Position numbers and translations under genes: made by a program. Shown here piece by piece: positions 7,547 to 17,512 of a stretch of 64,000 bases of DNA; position 1 is the first letter of the stretch; each line of letters begins with the position of its first letter. The stretch is from Euryarchaeota archaeon UBA103 (GTDB lineage: Archaea > Thermoplasmatota > Poseidoniia > Poseidoniales > Thalassarchaeaceae). Location: positions 92,905-156,904 of the forward strand of contig DAYH01000023.1 of the NCBI GenBank assembly GCA_002506825.1. The letters are read 5' to 3'. The notes under the pieces were generated by a model. The model was given only the letters and a program-made list of their open reading frames with translations, searched no databases and was not told the origin of the DNA.

Positions 7547-9607
7547 TCAGGCCGAGGGTTGCTTTTCGTGGGGTGATGAGAAGGTATCGATCACACTCGC
7601 CAGTCTCTCGACGAGGCTTACCTTTTCTTCCGCGCCCACCAGAGCGTACTGCAGTACCTCATCCAAGGAGTCGACGGGCCTTATGGTGACCATGGATTCG
7701 TACTTCTCGTCTATTAGGACATCTTGAAGATTTGACCTAGGGATGATTATTGTCTCGATTCCTGCCTTGGCGGCGGCTTCGATCTTCGCCGTTACTCCTC
7801 CGATCGGTAAAACCTCGCCCCTGACTGAGAGTGATCCGGTCATAGCTAGATTCTGCTCTATCGGGACGCCTTCAAACGCGCTTATGATAGCAGTTGCCAT
7901 CGTTATGGATGCACTGTCTCCATCTACATTGTGAGTACCTGGGAATTGAACGTGCAGATCGAAGTCCTTGATGTCCTTGCCGGTTAGTTTCTTTACTACT
8001 GCACTGATATTGGTTACGCTCTCCTTGGCCAAATCGGACAGTCCTCCAGTAGCTATTACCTGTCCTGATCTGCCTTGAGAAGGAGTAACCATTGCCTCAA
8101 CTGGAAGGACTACTCCAGAGAAGTCGGAAAGGCCGCTATCGGCACCCAGGACTGCTAGTCCGTTTACCCTACCAACCCTAGTTCCCCGGTTCACTAGCAT
8201 GGCATACTCTGACTGCCTCTCCAGATATCTGTCAGCTATTTGTTGCTCCAGGGGTTTTGCAATGGCCCTCGCTCTTGAGATGTGTTCGGCCCTTACTAGC
8301 TCAGCGCCCTCTTCAGACGCTAAGTCGCCTGCGATTCTCACTAATCCGCCAAGCTCTCTGAGCCTTAGTGAAAGTCTACCTCTCCTGCCACTTCTTCTCT
8401 GGGCTTCCTTTAGAATGAGTCCTATCGACTCTCTATTGAAATGGGGTATTGCCCTGCCAGATTCCTTTCTTTTCTCGTTCTTGACCTCTTGGGCGATGAA
8501 TCTTACCAGCCTTCTTCTGTTCCTCTCGGTATCTCTCATGTCTGTGTTGACATAGACTTCGTAACCGTATCCCCTAATCCTGCTCCTCAGTGCTGGGTGC
8601 ATCTGCTGGATACTATCGAGGTTTCCTGCGGCCACTAGAATGAAGTTGGTGGGAACTGGCTCTGACTTGGTCAGTGCCCCAGAAGATCTCTCAGAGCGCC
8701 CACTGATTGACAGTTCACCTTCCTGCATGGCCACCAGTAGTGCTTGTTGCTCCTCCATCCTAAGCATCCTTATCTCGTCGATATAGAGGACCCCTTTGTT
8801 TGCTCTGTGGACCGCACCTGGTTCTACCCTCTCGTGCGCAGGAGTAGCTAGGTCAGCGCCAGACTGGAATGGATCGTGCCTTACGTCTCCTAGGAGGGCG
8901 CCAGCGAGAGTCCCGGTGGCATCGATGAAAGGTGGATCGTCATTTCTAGCTCTCTTGATGAGGAGTTTCGGTATGTTTGACTCATCTCCTGCCGTGAGTC
9001 TGGTCCTAAGGAAGAAGTATCCAAAAATTAGGAGGAAGGCTCCGAAAATGAGAGTCATGATGTCCCCTGTTTGCAACACTGCTAATAGAAGAGCGGCACC
9101 GATTACCATTACCACGAATAAGAGGGTCCTGTTGGTTCTCTCCCTCTGAATCCTGATTTGGGCCTTTCTCTCTGATATTATGGCTGAACCGCGTCCGGCG
9201 GGAACGGTACGGACCCTGGGTTCGTTCTCATCCTCGGTATTCCTGTATACCAGAACATCTTCCATGCTGTCCTTGGGGAGAAACTCTGTCATTGATCTGG
9301 CTAGCATTGATTTGCCGGTACCTGGTTCACCGACCATTATCATGTGCCTTCTCTGCTCGGCCGCCTTTCTGACCACTATGGAGGCCGCCTCCTGTCCGAT
9401 CACTTGGTCGACTAGATTTTCTGGGATTGGGACCTCTTCTGTAGAAGATATCTTTAGCTCAGATACCCATGCTTCCACGGGAGTTTCGCAAATAGGATCC
9501 TTGTCTTCGCCTACTCCGAATGCTGGCCCTTCTTCCCATGTGTCGAGATACTCATCGGCATCTGACTCATTAGCGGAGTCGGTCTGATCCTCATCTCCCA
9601 TGGACAT
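7547..9607 (-). CDS. lonB: Archaeal membrane-bound ATP-dependent Lon protease
   Basis: Walker A GEPGTGKSMLA, and two TM helices inserted in the AAA+ module (LLFVVMVIGAALLLAV / LIFGAFLLIFGYFFL). The C-terminal Lon protease domain has the MTGSLSVRGEVLPIGGVTAKIEAA motif. Confidence 0.9.
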   Translation of the reverse strand: MSMGDEDQTDSANESDADEYLDTWEEGPAFGVGEDKDPICETPVEAWVSELKISSTEEVPIPENLVDQVIGQEAASIVVRKAAEQRRHMIMVGEPGTGKSMLARSMTEFLPKDSMEDVLVYRNTEDENEPRVRTVPAGRGSAIISERKAQIRIQRERTNRTLLFVVMVIGAALLLAVLQTGDIMTLIFGAFLLIFGYFFLRTRLTAGDESNIPKLLIKRARNDDPPFIDATGTLAGALLGDVRHDPFQSGADLATPAHERVEPGAVHRANKGVLYIDEIRMLRMEEQQALLVAMQEGELSISGRSERSSGALTKSEPVPTNFILVAAGNLDSIQQMHPALRSRIRGYGYEVYVNTDMRDTERNRRRLVRFIAQEVKNEKRKESGRAIPHFNRESIGLILKEAQRRSGRRGRLSLRLRELGGLVRIAGDLASEEGAELVRAEHISRARAIAKPLEQQIADRYLERQSEYAMLVNRGTRVGRVNGLAVLGADSGLSDFSGVVLPVEAMVTPSQGRSGQVIATGGLSDLAKESVTNISAVVKKLTGKDIKDFDLHVQFPGTHNVDGDSASITMATAIISAFEGVPIEQNLAMTGSLSVRGEVLPIGGVTAKIEAAAKAGIETIIIPRSNLQDVLIDEKYESMVTIRPVDSLDEVLQYALVGAEEKVSLVERLASVIDTFSSPHEKQPSA

Positions 9608-9629
9608 GCCTCATACCGCCCTGACGATA

Positions 9630-9672
9630 GCACCTTCTTGAAGGTGCGTTAGCCGCGATGATAGAAAAAAGA
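9630..9672 (-). terminator. Candidate terminator between the surface-protein gene and lonB: a T6 tract plus an 8-bp inverted repeat
   Basis: On the minus strand the TAA stop (9678-9676) is followed by CGCTC-TTTTTT (9670-9665). GCACCTTC-AA-GAAGGTGC (9647-9630) follows, 23 nt before the lonB ATG. Oligo-T tracts are archaeal termination signals. Confidence 0.35.
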
Positions 9673-9675
9673 GCG

Positions 9676-12600
9676 TTATCTGTCTCTAAAATTGGCACCG
9701 CTGTAGAACTTGTCTAGATACTCTTCACCATAGTAATACCACTGTTCCATAGTCCATCCGGGAGGAAGTCCCCCTGGTGGAAGCGGGGGGGTCATGGGAG
9801 GTGGAGGCGGAGGGGATGTGTTGTGAACAGGCATCATGGGAATGGCCGCAGGAGGTGGCGGATTGATCATAGGGAGTGGTTCGTGTTGATAGATGGGGTT
9901 TCTCTTTGGGCTTCTCCTAGCGATAGAATTGATGCCCACCACTATGGCCACTAAAGCAATCAGAGCCACAACTGAAGCACCTGCCAGGAAAATGGTTTCA
10001 GGAGACTCCTCGCCGCCGCTAGGCTGATTTTCAGCAGGTTGGCTCTGATCCTCCCCCTGAGGCACTACTGCATCGTACTTCATTTGCTCTGGCGTCCTTC
10101 TGTCGAAGCCGTTTTCATCCACTCCCTGGACACTCAATGTGAAGTAATCACCAGTACTGAGGCCACTTCCAGTGACCGGGAGGATGATGAAAGGACCTAG
10201 ATTGAATGAGGCCCCTGCACTGTGGCAAATTCCTGTTATCTTATTGCAAACTGTCCAAGTTACCCTGATATCAGTCAATGACTCATCGCCAATATTTGAG
10301 ATGATAACAGTAGGAGTGGCTCCGATATCGAATGAGTCTATCTCTATCTCGAAGTTTTCTTCCCAGTCAAGTGGGATATCATCGACGATAGTGTAACTCA
10401 GAGAGACGGTAGACGATGCCCCGTGACGATCTTCAGCGGTTATCTTGATGCTGTCAGAGCCTTCCTCAGGCCAGTTGGCTGTCATGATTCCGGTTATTGG
10501 GTCATAAAACACTGCGCCTGGATAGTAGCTGGTAGCGGTTATCCAAATTTCTTCGTCTGGATCATCGATATCTGTAATCCTGCTAATAAGATCTACTTGG
10601 GTCGAAGTACCCAGCTTCAGTGTGACATCTTCTATATCAGAAGTATCAATAATTGGAGCGTCGTTGACGTTTAACACGTGGAAAGTAACTGTGGTATCTG
10701 ATGACTTGTCCCCATCACTTGCCCTTAGGGATATCTCCACGAGTCCGTTTGAGTCGTCATCCAGAGAGTTGACGTTGATGGTTTGACCGAAAATACTAGC
10801 TTCGACTAGATTTTCATCTGATATCGACAAAATTTCCACTGTCACCCCCGAGACAGGGACCACTTGACCATTGTTATTGGTGTCAGATAGATAGTCAGTG
10901 AGGCCGAGACTGGCTGATCCTCCCTCATGAAAGGCCTGGATGGGTATTGGTGACCACCTAGGCGCACCGTTTTCTACGACATTGAACATCATCATGCCAG
11001 TATTTGACTCATCTCCGTCATGGACGCTGATTAGCATCCCTTGTGGAATTGGTGAGCCTTGGCTGTCGAGTAGAAGATTATCGAACCTTACCTCTATCTC
11101 CAGAGAAGATGGGTTCCACCCCAAGAACTCGGGCTCGGAGCTTGAGATTTCTAGATTGAAAAGCGAAGTTTCCGCGTCTGATACGAGTCCAACCACTGAA
11201 ACCATCTCAGTGGTCTGTACCTTTACGGTGGGAACTCCGGCGTAAGTCATGTCGCTATTTCCGAGTACTCTTGGAAGGGAGTTCTGCAGATAGAAAGCAT
11301 TCTCGGAAGTTAGCCATTCACTTGTCTGGCCAGAGGAGTCGGTCCATTTTACCCTTAGATCGTAATGTCCCATCGCAGCATCCAGAGGAGTATCGATATC
11401 GAATGAATGCCTTGCATTCTCACCTAATCCAATGATGGCGTGATTGGTGAGCCAATTATTGCTCCACATTGAAGAGGATGAAGGAGAGTACTCTAAGGAG
11501 GGTTGCATTGTATTGATATCATCAACTAGGTCATTGGAGATTGCTGAAACCTCGAATGTAACTGCTGATCCCCTGTCAACTGAGGTCGAGCCACTAGAAG
11601 AAGGCTGGCTGGCAGTCGGGGGCATATCATGCAGAGCGGCGGCGTCTGAGACATCATTGGAAGGTGCCCGATCTCCGGCATTTCCTGAAATCTTCGCCCT
11701 AATTGTTGTTGAGCCTAGGGCCGTGATGTCGATATCGGTAGTGTCCAAGAAAGCATTGTATGTCTGGGATCCGCCTACAGAGAAGTCGCCTATTGAGAAG
11801 GTGGATATCTCAATCTCGGAAAGACCATCCATCCAATTGATAGATAGTTGCCCGCCCCCCTCATATTCCTCTACTCCGTTGTTGGAAACCCTACAAGAGA
11901 TATCCAGAACATCACCTGAAACGAATCCAGAGTTTCCATTTCTATTTGAGATTATTATCTCTTCCACGCCAATGTCGACTAGAGGTATCATATCCAAGTC
12001 TACAGCAGACAGGAAGTTGTTGTAAGTAGTGTGGGGGCCATCCATCAATGCAAAAACAGGCCAGAAGTTTTCGAACTGAGTGTAGCCGCCCCCGGCTCTG
12101 ACTGCGCTCAGTGGGACTTGCCATGAGCTCTCCACAGGGGAGTTAGGAGTTAGCGTAAGTTGTTCGAAGCCATTGTTATGACTAGCCAGCATCCATTCTC
12201 TGAAACTGTGATGAGGCTTTACGCCGTTATCATAAGAGTCAGGGCTGACCTTCTCCGTGATCGCCCCATAAAGGAAAACAGATACTGAACTGAGAGAACC
12301 TGTATACATCGAATTTACAGTGACTGTGACTTGATCTGTAGATTGGTCATATTGTGCCTCCAGCTGCATGGCGTAGTTTGACGTGTCTGAATCCATGCAA
12401 CCTCCATTTGAATAGTCTGAGTCATAATAGTTTGACCCTCCTGCTCCAACTTTGTAACATGTTCCTGATTGCTTATCTGCAAAGGAAAATACGGGAATTC
12501 CAGAAGCGGCGGCCGAGACATGGCTTCGACGATTGATCGGACTATCATCCGGATATCCCCCTGAGCTAGACTGGAAGAACGAAACAAAGGTAAAATCTTC

Positions 12601-12855
12601 TGGATTGGAGGACTTCAGGTTGTCCAATGATGGGGAGGCGCTACTCATGCACGGCCCGCACCAGTGTGCGCCGACATATTCTCCAAATACGGGATGTCCG
12701 GGACTTGTTGCGAACATCTTAGCTTCGATCTGCTCTAATTCTTGCCTCTCCTGTACGGCTTCTTCTACCACACAAAAAGAGACAAATGACGATAACAGCA
12801 TCAGTGAAACTAGGGTAAATGAAGAAACTAGGGCATAGGGCGTAGTATACCTCAT
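9676..12855 (-). CDS. Giant surface protein with an N-terminal anchor, an extracytoplasmic thioredoxin domain (WCGPC), cadherin/Ig-like repeats, a C-terminal TM helix and a polyproline tail
   Basis: 1059 aa with a hydrophobic N-terminus. The thioredoxin-fold signature is FGEYVGAHWCGPCMSS ... GIPVFSF (cis-Pro loop). A long beta-rich region contains the cadherin-like VLNVNDAPII. The TM helix is IFLAGASVVALIALVAIVVGI and is followed by an 80-aa Pro-rich tail. Confidence 0.8.
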   Translation of the reverse strand: MRYTTPYALVSSFTLVSLMLLSSFVSFCVVEEAVQERQELEQIEAKMFATSPGHPVFGEYVGAHWCGPCMSSASPSLDNLKSSNPEDFTFVSFFQSSSGGYPDDSPINRRSHVSAAASGIPVFSFADKQSGTCYKVGAGGSNYYDSDYSNGGCMDSDTSNYAMQLEAQYDQSTDQVTVTVNSMYTGSLSSVSVFLYGAITEKVSPDSYDNGVKPHHSFREWMLASHNNGFEQLTLTPNSPVESSWQVPLSAVRAGGGYTQFENFWPVFALMDGPHTTYNNFLSAVDLDMIPLVDIGVEEIIISNRNGNSGFVSGDVLDISCRVSNNGVEEYEGGGQLSINWMDGLSEIEISTFSIGDFSVGGSQTYNAFLDTTDIDITALGSTTIRAKISGNAGDRAPSNDVSDAAALHDMPPTASQPSSSGSTSVDRGSAVTFEVSAISNDLVDDINTMQPSLEYSPSSSSMWSNNWLTNHAIIGLGENARHSFDIDTPLDAAMGHYDLRVKWTDSSGQTSEWLTSENAFYLQNSLPRVLGNSDMTYAGVPTVKVQTTEMVSVVGLVSDAETSLFNLEISSSEPEFLGWNPSSLEIEVRFDNLLLDSQGSPIPQGMLISVHDGDESNTGMMMFNVVENGAPRWSPIPIQAFHEGGSASLGLTDYLSDTNNNGQVVPVSGVTVEILSISDENLVEASIFGQTINVNSLDDDSNGLVEISLRASDGDKSSDTTVTFHVLNVNDAPIIDTSDIEDVTLKLGTSTQVDLISRITDIDDPDEEIWITATSYYPGAVFYDPITGIMTANWPEEGSDSIKITAEDRHGASSTVSLSYTIVDDIPLDWEENFEIEIDSFDIGATPTVIISNIGDESLTDIRVTWTVCNKITGICHSAGASFNLGPFIILPVTGSGLSTGDYFTLSVQGVDENGFDRRTPEQMKYDAVVPQGEDQSQPAENQPSGGEESPETIFLAGASVVALIALVAIVVGINSIARRSPKRNPIYQHEPLPMINPPPPAAIPMMPVHNTSPPPPPPMTPPLPPGGLPPGWTMEQWYYYGEEYLDKFYSGANFRDR

Positions 12856-12896
12856 CGTCTTTAGCGGGCTGAATTATGGTATAATCATGTTCCCTA

Positions 12897-13772
12897 GTGG
12901 TGCGGTCTGAATTGTCAAACTGTGGTTTACTTGATAGCTTAAGTTGTATTCCGAGACATGTGGATAATAGCGAACCAGCTGAATGGCTAGCCCTCAGAGA
13001 GGATGATGGTAGGGCATACCTTCTCCAGAGGACCCCTGGAGAAGTCAAAGTGAAGGGGCTCGGGAGGTTCGACGCTGAGGAGCTCCTGCGGGGATATTCA
13101 ATAGGCGACAGGATTACAGTGGGGCAGAAGTCGCTAACGATTGTCGTGCCTTCTCTTCCCGAAGCTAGGAGGAATATGGCTAGAAGGGCCCAGGTCATTG
13201 GGGCTAAGGACTCAGGATTCCTGATTTCTTGGATGGGTATTGGAGTCGGCTCGAGAGTACTTGAGGGCGGGCATGGTTCCGGTGGACTGGCGATGCATTT
13301 GGCCAATGTTATGGGAGCGGGAGGGACTCTGATATCTGTAGAGTCTAGACCAGAGCATGCGGAGGTAGGAAGGAAAAATATGGAAAGACTTTCCGAAGTC
13401 CTTCCTGAGTTTCCTGAGTGGCACCTAGTCGAAGGAGATATCTCGAGTGTTGGCGAATTAGTGGTCGATAAGTGCGGTATGATTGATGCGGCGATCATCG
13501 ATATTGCAGAGCCTTGGGACGTGATTCCTGACATAGAGCCCCTAATTAGGGCGGGAGGCAGGCTGGCTTGTTACTGCCCTACTACTATCCAATTGGAAAA
13601 GTGCTGGGAGGCCGCTGAGGACAGGGGCTTGATAGTCGAATGGGCTGGTGAGATGATTGAAAGAAGATGGGTAAAGGCTAGTAGAGGCGGAGTCAGGCCT
13701 GGCAATACCCCAATAGGGCATACTGCGTTTCTACTTATTTCAGCCAAGGTAGCTACTATTGAAGAGGAATGA
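12897..13772 (+). CDS. trmI: tRNA (adenine58-N1)-methyltransferase TrmI/Gcd14 family
   Basis: SAM-binding motif VLEGGHGSGGLAMHLA and AEPWDVIPDIEPLIRAGGRLACYCPTTIQ are typical of TrmI. The start is uncertain: the track uses GTG 12897, and an in-frame GTG at 12960 is an alternative. Confidence 0.75.
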   Translation: MVRSELSNCGLLDSLSCIPRHVDNSEPAEWLALREDDGRAYLLQRTPGEVKVKGLGRFDAEELLRGYSIGDRITVGQKSLTIVVPSLPEARRNMARRAQVIGAKDSGFLISWMGIGVGSRVLEGGHGSGGLAMHLANVMGAGGTLISVESRPEHAEVGRKNMERLSEVLPEFPEWHLVEGDISSVGELVVDKCGMIDAAIIDIAEPWDVIPDIEPLIRAGGRLACYCPTTIQLEKCWEAAEDRGLIVEWAGEMIERRWVKASRGGVRPGNTPIGHTAFLLISAKVATIEEE

Positions 13773-15217
13773 GCACCGTTGATAACTCGGACCCTTTCCG
13801 AAGAAACATGCGTGACAGCAAAGAGTGGATGCCGACCTCCTACAGGAGCCATACAATTGGGCAGGTTACCGAACTTGGAGATTCTCTGATTGGCACTGAA
13901 GTAACTATTTGCGGATATGCAGAGACAGTCAGAGGCAGGGGGGCAATTTGCTTCCTAATGCTAAGGGACGGTACTGGGAAAATTCAGGCATTCCTCAAGA
14001 AGGATAACATGGACGAGAGTTTGTTCGACTCGATTCAGTCTTCCTCCAGGGAGTCCACCATACGGGTTTCTGGGATAGTAGCTCAGAAGAGACCTCCGAA
14101 GGTCAAGGAAGGAGAGCCTGTCCCCCCTGCTGAATTTGAGGTAAATGTTTCATCGGGAGAAGTCCTTGCAGAGGCTTCTACCCCCCTTCCAGTTGGAGTC
14201 ATCGATGATGTCCAAGTTGGACTAGACATAAGACTGGATAACAGGCATCTAGACCTTAGGAGAGAGCATGTGAATGCTATGTTCCAACTCAGATCTAGAG
14301 TTCTCCAGTATGGCAGGGAGCATCTAATTTCAGAGGGTTTCCAAGAGATTAACAGCCCTAAAATAATAGCCGCGGCTGCTGAGGGAGGAACCAATCTTTT
14401 CCCTATGAAATACTTTGATACAGATGCTTACCTATCTCAGAGTCCACAGTTGTACAAACAATTAGCCATCCTAGGAGGCCTTGAGCGAGTTTTCGAGATT
14501 GGGCCCGCGTTTAGGGCCGAGAAGCATGATACGTACAGGCATCTGAATGAGTTTATTTCATTCGATATTGAGGGTGCTTGGATGGATGATGAGGACGTCA
14601 TGGGCGTACAAGAGAGAATGATTTTCCATATCTGGTCACAGGTCAAGAAAAATGACCAGCACCTTATTGATGCGGTAAATCAGTACAGAATATCTCAGGA
14701 AAAGGAAGAAGTGACAGTAGAGGTCCCAACATTGCCATTTCCCAGAATTCCCTACTGTGATGCAATTGAAATCGTGAAAGAGGGTGGCGGAGAGATTGAA
14801 TGGGGAGATGATATTGAGAGTCATCACTGTGATCTGATAGCGGCCAAATTCCCTGGTTTTCACTTCATTCCCAGATGGCCGATGGCCATGAAGCCGTTCT
14901 ACATACACCACAAAGAAGGAGAGCAAGGGGCCTCCGGAGGGCAACTAAGCAGGGGTTTCGATCTAAACTATGGAAGAGATGAGATGACCAGCGGAGGGGC
15001 CAGGGAGCACAGAGTTGATGTTTTAGAGCAGAATCTAAAGGACATGGGCTTGGACCCTAGTGACTTTTCGTTCTACACAGATGGATTTCGCTATGGGGCC
15101 CCTCCTCACGCAGGATGGGGATTGGGCGTTGCTAGATTATTGATGGTACTTACTGGCGCGGGCAATGTCAGAGAAGTAGTACTGTTCCCACGTGATAGAA
15201 GTAGGGTTACCCCCTAA
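13769..15217 (+). CDS. aspS: Aspartyl-tRNA synthetase, archaeal/eukaryotic type
   Basis: Class II motifs are present: FRAEKHDTYRHLNEF and GAPPHAGWGLGVARLLM. There is an OB-fold N-terminal domain. The gene overlaps the trmI stop by 4 nt. Confidence 0.9.
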   Translation: MSTVDNSDPFRRNMRDSKEWMPTSYRSHTIGQVTELGDSLIGTEVTICGYAETVRGRGAICFLMLRDGTGKIQAFLKKDNMDESLFDSIQSSSRESTIRVSGIVAQKRPPKVKEGEPVPPAEFEVNVSSGEVLAEASTPLPVGVIDDVQVGLDIRLDNRHLDLRREHVNAMFQLRSRVLQYGREHLISEGFQEINSPKIIAAAAEGGTNLFPMKYFDTDAYLSQSPQLYKQLAILGGLERVFEIGPAFRAEKHDTYRHLNEFISFDIEGAWMDDEDVMGVQERMIFHIWSQVKKNDQHLIDAVNQYRISQEKEEVTVEVPTLPFPRIPYCDAIEIVKEGGGEIEWGDDIESHHCDLIAAKFPGFHFIPRWPMAMKPFYIHHKEGEQGASGGQLSRGFDLNYGRDEMTSGGAREHRVDVLEQNLKDMGLDPSDFSFYTDGFRYGAPPHAGWGLGVARLLMVLTGAGNVREVVLFPRDRSRVTP

Positions 15218-15228
15218 CTGGTGATTCA

Positions 15229-15891
15229 ATGGGCCACATATTCTTACAGTCCAAGGATATCATGGACTGGGAAGGCAGGAAAAGGGCTAGATTCGTGAAT
15301 AGTCTAAGTGGGTTCAAGAGTGCTACCCTGATAGGTACCTTCCATCCTGAGTTTGGAGATAATCTATCAATAGTCTCCTCCGTTGTTCACCTAGGCTCTT
15401 CTCCCCCTATGATGGGATTCGTACTAAGGCCCCCAGGCGAGGATGCACACACTTACAAAAATATCAAGTCGACAGGAGTCTGTACATTTAGTCATGTAAA
15501 TGTGGATATTATTGAGAAAGCCCATCAGACTAGCGCGAGGTATCCGAGAGGAAGTAGCGAATTTGATGAAGTGGGGCTCACCCCTAGGAGAGTCGAAAAA
15601 TGGCTAGCCCCTTCTGTGGAGGAGGCTCATGTTAGGATGGGATTGACCCTACTAAATGACACGGAGCTGGTAAATGGATGTAGGTTCATGACTTTCTCCG
15701 TAGAATGGTTTGAGTTAGAGTCTGATGGTATGCGCGAGGATGGATATGTGGATCTGAGCAGTATCGGGGGTGTTGCTATTTCAGGGCTCGATGGATATCA
15801 TAAGACCCCGGGGATTTACAGACTTTCATATGCAAAAATTAATACTGAAATTGATAAAATGATTGATTTTGGAGCTGGGTGGCCTGAATAG
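15229..15891 (+). CDS. Flavin reductase-like (FMN-binding split-barrel) protein
   Basis: 220 aa laid out like COG1853 flavin reductases (FVNSLSGFKSATLIGT ... SSPPMMGF ... TYKNIKSTGVCTFSHV ... EFDEVGLTP). An LLM monooxygenase is encoded 1.6 kb downstream. Confidence 0.55.
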   Translation: MGHIFLQSKDIMDWEGRKRARFVNSLSGFKSATLIGTFHPEFGDNLSIVSSVVHLGSSPPMMGFVLRPPGEDAHTYKNIKSTGVCTFSHVNVDIIEKAHQTSARYPRGSSEFDEVGLTPRRVEKWLAPSVEEAHVRMGLTLLNDTELVNGCRFMTFSVEWFELESDGMREDGYVDLSSIGGVAISGLDGYHKTPGIYRLSYAKINTEIDKMIDFGAGWPE

Positions 15892-15963
15892 GCATGTATT
15901 GGCTATTTTCTAATCGCTCAGCAGAGGACCGAAAATAACGGGTATGTGTAGCCCCTCCGAAAC

Positions 15964-16695
15964 ATGAGTAACATGGCCAAGCCGAGGTTTGTATTTCTAC
16001 TATTAAGGGAACATCCGTATGGTCGTGAGATGCTCAGGCAACTACTCTCCGCAGGCCATTCCCCTGTACTGATAATAGAGGAAGATTCACCAGTTGCTGA
16101 TGAAGAAAGAGAGAAGTTTCTGGAGAGGATTGCGGGTAATGAGATAGCTCCTACTATTGAAGAACAGGCACTTAGAAATGGGATTTCGGTAGTTACAGTC
16201 CCTATACACAATTCATCTGAAGTCATGCCTCACATAGAAGAAATGGATCTGGATCTGGTTGTATTTGGAGGTACGAGAATAATCAGGGGAGATATTCTTG
16301 ATTTCCCCAAGGACGGAGTTGTTAACTCGCACCCAGGGCTTCTACCAGAATGTAGAGGGTCTGCATCTCCAGCGTGGTCGGTCTACCACGACATTCGAGT
16401 AGGGTCGACTTGTCATTTCTGCGACAATGGAATTGATACTGGCGAGATTCTACTCAGGAGAGAGTTCCCTGTGAAGCGTGGAATGACATATGAGGACCTC
16501 TGCTATGGGACACTAGTTCTTTCAGGAGTGTTGATGAAGGAAGCACTGATTGCATATGATAATGGGGAGTGGGCAGTGATGCGCAGTCCACAAGGAGCTA
16601 GTGAGTTCCCGACATTCAGGAACGCTCCAGAAGAAGTACTCGGGGCAGTTAGAGAAAAGCTCAGTGAAGAGGAGTATTCACATTACGTTGATTAG
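15964..16695 (+). CDS. Stand-alone formyltransferase (Formyl_trans_N domain only)
   Basis: Catalytic Asn/His motif VVNSHPGLLPECRGSASPAW and the downstream Asp in NGIDTGEILL match the PurN/Fmt fold. The Fmt C-terminal domain is absent. Confidence 0.75.
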   Translation: MSNMAKPRFVFLLLREHPYGREMLRQLLSAGHSPVLIIEEDSPVADEEREKFLERIAGNEIAPTIEEQALRNGISVVTVPIHNSSEVMPHIEEMDLDLVVFGGTRIIRGDILDFPKDGVVNSHPGLLPECRGSASPAWSVYHDIRVGSTCHFCDNGIDTGEILLRREFPVKRGMTYEDLCYGTLVLSGVLMKEALIAYDNGEWAVMRSPQGASEFPTFRNAPEEVLGAVREKLSEEEYSHYVD

Positions 16696-16703
16696 GTGAA
16701 AAA

Positions 16704-17504
16704 ATGGAAAAAAATCTCTTAGAAAGTGATTTCCCCTTTGCCGAGGGGATTCTTGATGGAAAAACAGCACTGGTATGTGGGGCCTCCAAGGGAATCGGGA
16801 GGGCCACAGCATTGGTTCTTGCTAGGGCGGGGTGTAGAATAATTGCATGTGCTAGATCAGCGGAACATCTTGAGTCACTTATGTCAGAAATGCATGGTTC
16901 GGGGCATGAATATCTGGTACTAGATATGGAGAGCCTAGAGTCAATTTCTCCTTCAGTGTCAGATTTAGGCACTGTCGACATACTTGTGAACAATTCTGGC
17001 GGACCTCCCGGAGGCCCACTGCTCGATAATTCAGTTGATGATTTTGAGGGCCCGTTCGCGAGGCACCTACACGCTTCTCACATTCTGACAAAGGAACTGG
17101 TACCCGGGATGGAAAAATCAGGAAGTGGCAGGATTGTGAATATTATCTCTACATCAGTTAGGGAGCCCATCGACAACATAGGACTTTCGAATACGTTGAG
17201 GGGCGCTATGGCATCGTGGTCGAAGTCGCTTTCCAGAGAGTTACCGGCTTGCATAACAATTAACAATATTCTTCCGGGATTCACAGACACCGACAGGCTA
17301 GGATCCCTTGCTAATTCTATTTCATCGAAAACGGGCATGGGGGTCGAAGAAGTACAGGAAAACTGGATTAACAGCGTCCCAATAGGGAGGCTTATTGACC
17401 CTCTAGAAACTGCTGTCGCGGTTGCATGGCTGTGCCTTCCATCTAGTGGGTCCGTGAGAGGAGTAAGTCTTGCCGTGGATGGCGGTAGAATGCGTTCCAT
17501 ATGA
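16704..17504 (+). CDS. Short-chain dehydrogenase/reductase (FabG-like)
   Basis: Cofactor motif GKTALVCGASKGIGRA, NNSGG and an SDR-length fold. The gene starts 8 nt after the previous stop. Confidence 0.85.
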   Translation: MEKNLLESDFPFAEGILDGKTALVCGASKGIGRATALVLARAGCRIIACARSAEHLESLMSEMHGSGHEYLVLDMESLESISPSVSDLGTVDILVNNSGGPPGGPLLDNSVDDFEGPFARHLHASHILTKELVPGMEKSGSGRIVNIISTSVREPIDNIGLSNTLRGAMASWSKSLSRELPACITINNILPGFTDTDRLGSLANSISSKTGMGVEEVQENWINSVPIGRLIDPLETAVAVAWLCLPSSGSVRGVSLAVDGGRMRSI

Positions 17505-17512
17505 GGGGTAAA

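Noticed and set aside
11444-12025. 193-aa ORF antisense to the 1059-aa surface protein gene. The same applies to 7066..7521, 9180..9587, 19941..20519, 30311..30886, 42645..43082 and 49604..50140.
   Set aside because: All are embedded in longer ORFs with clear family motifs and have Ser/Leu/Pro-biased composition. I treat them as shadows.
12719-13534. 271-aa ORF antisense to trmI
   Set aside because: It is Ser/Pro/Leu-rich low-complexity sequence lying wholly within well-supported genes on the other strand. That is typical of an antisense reading frame.
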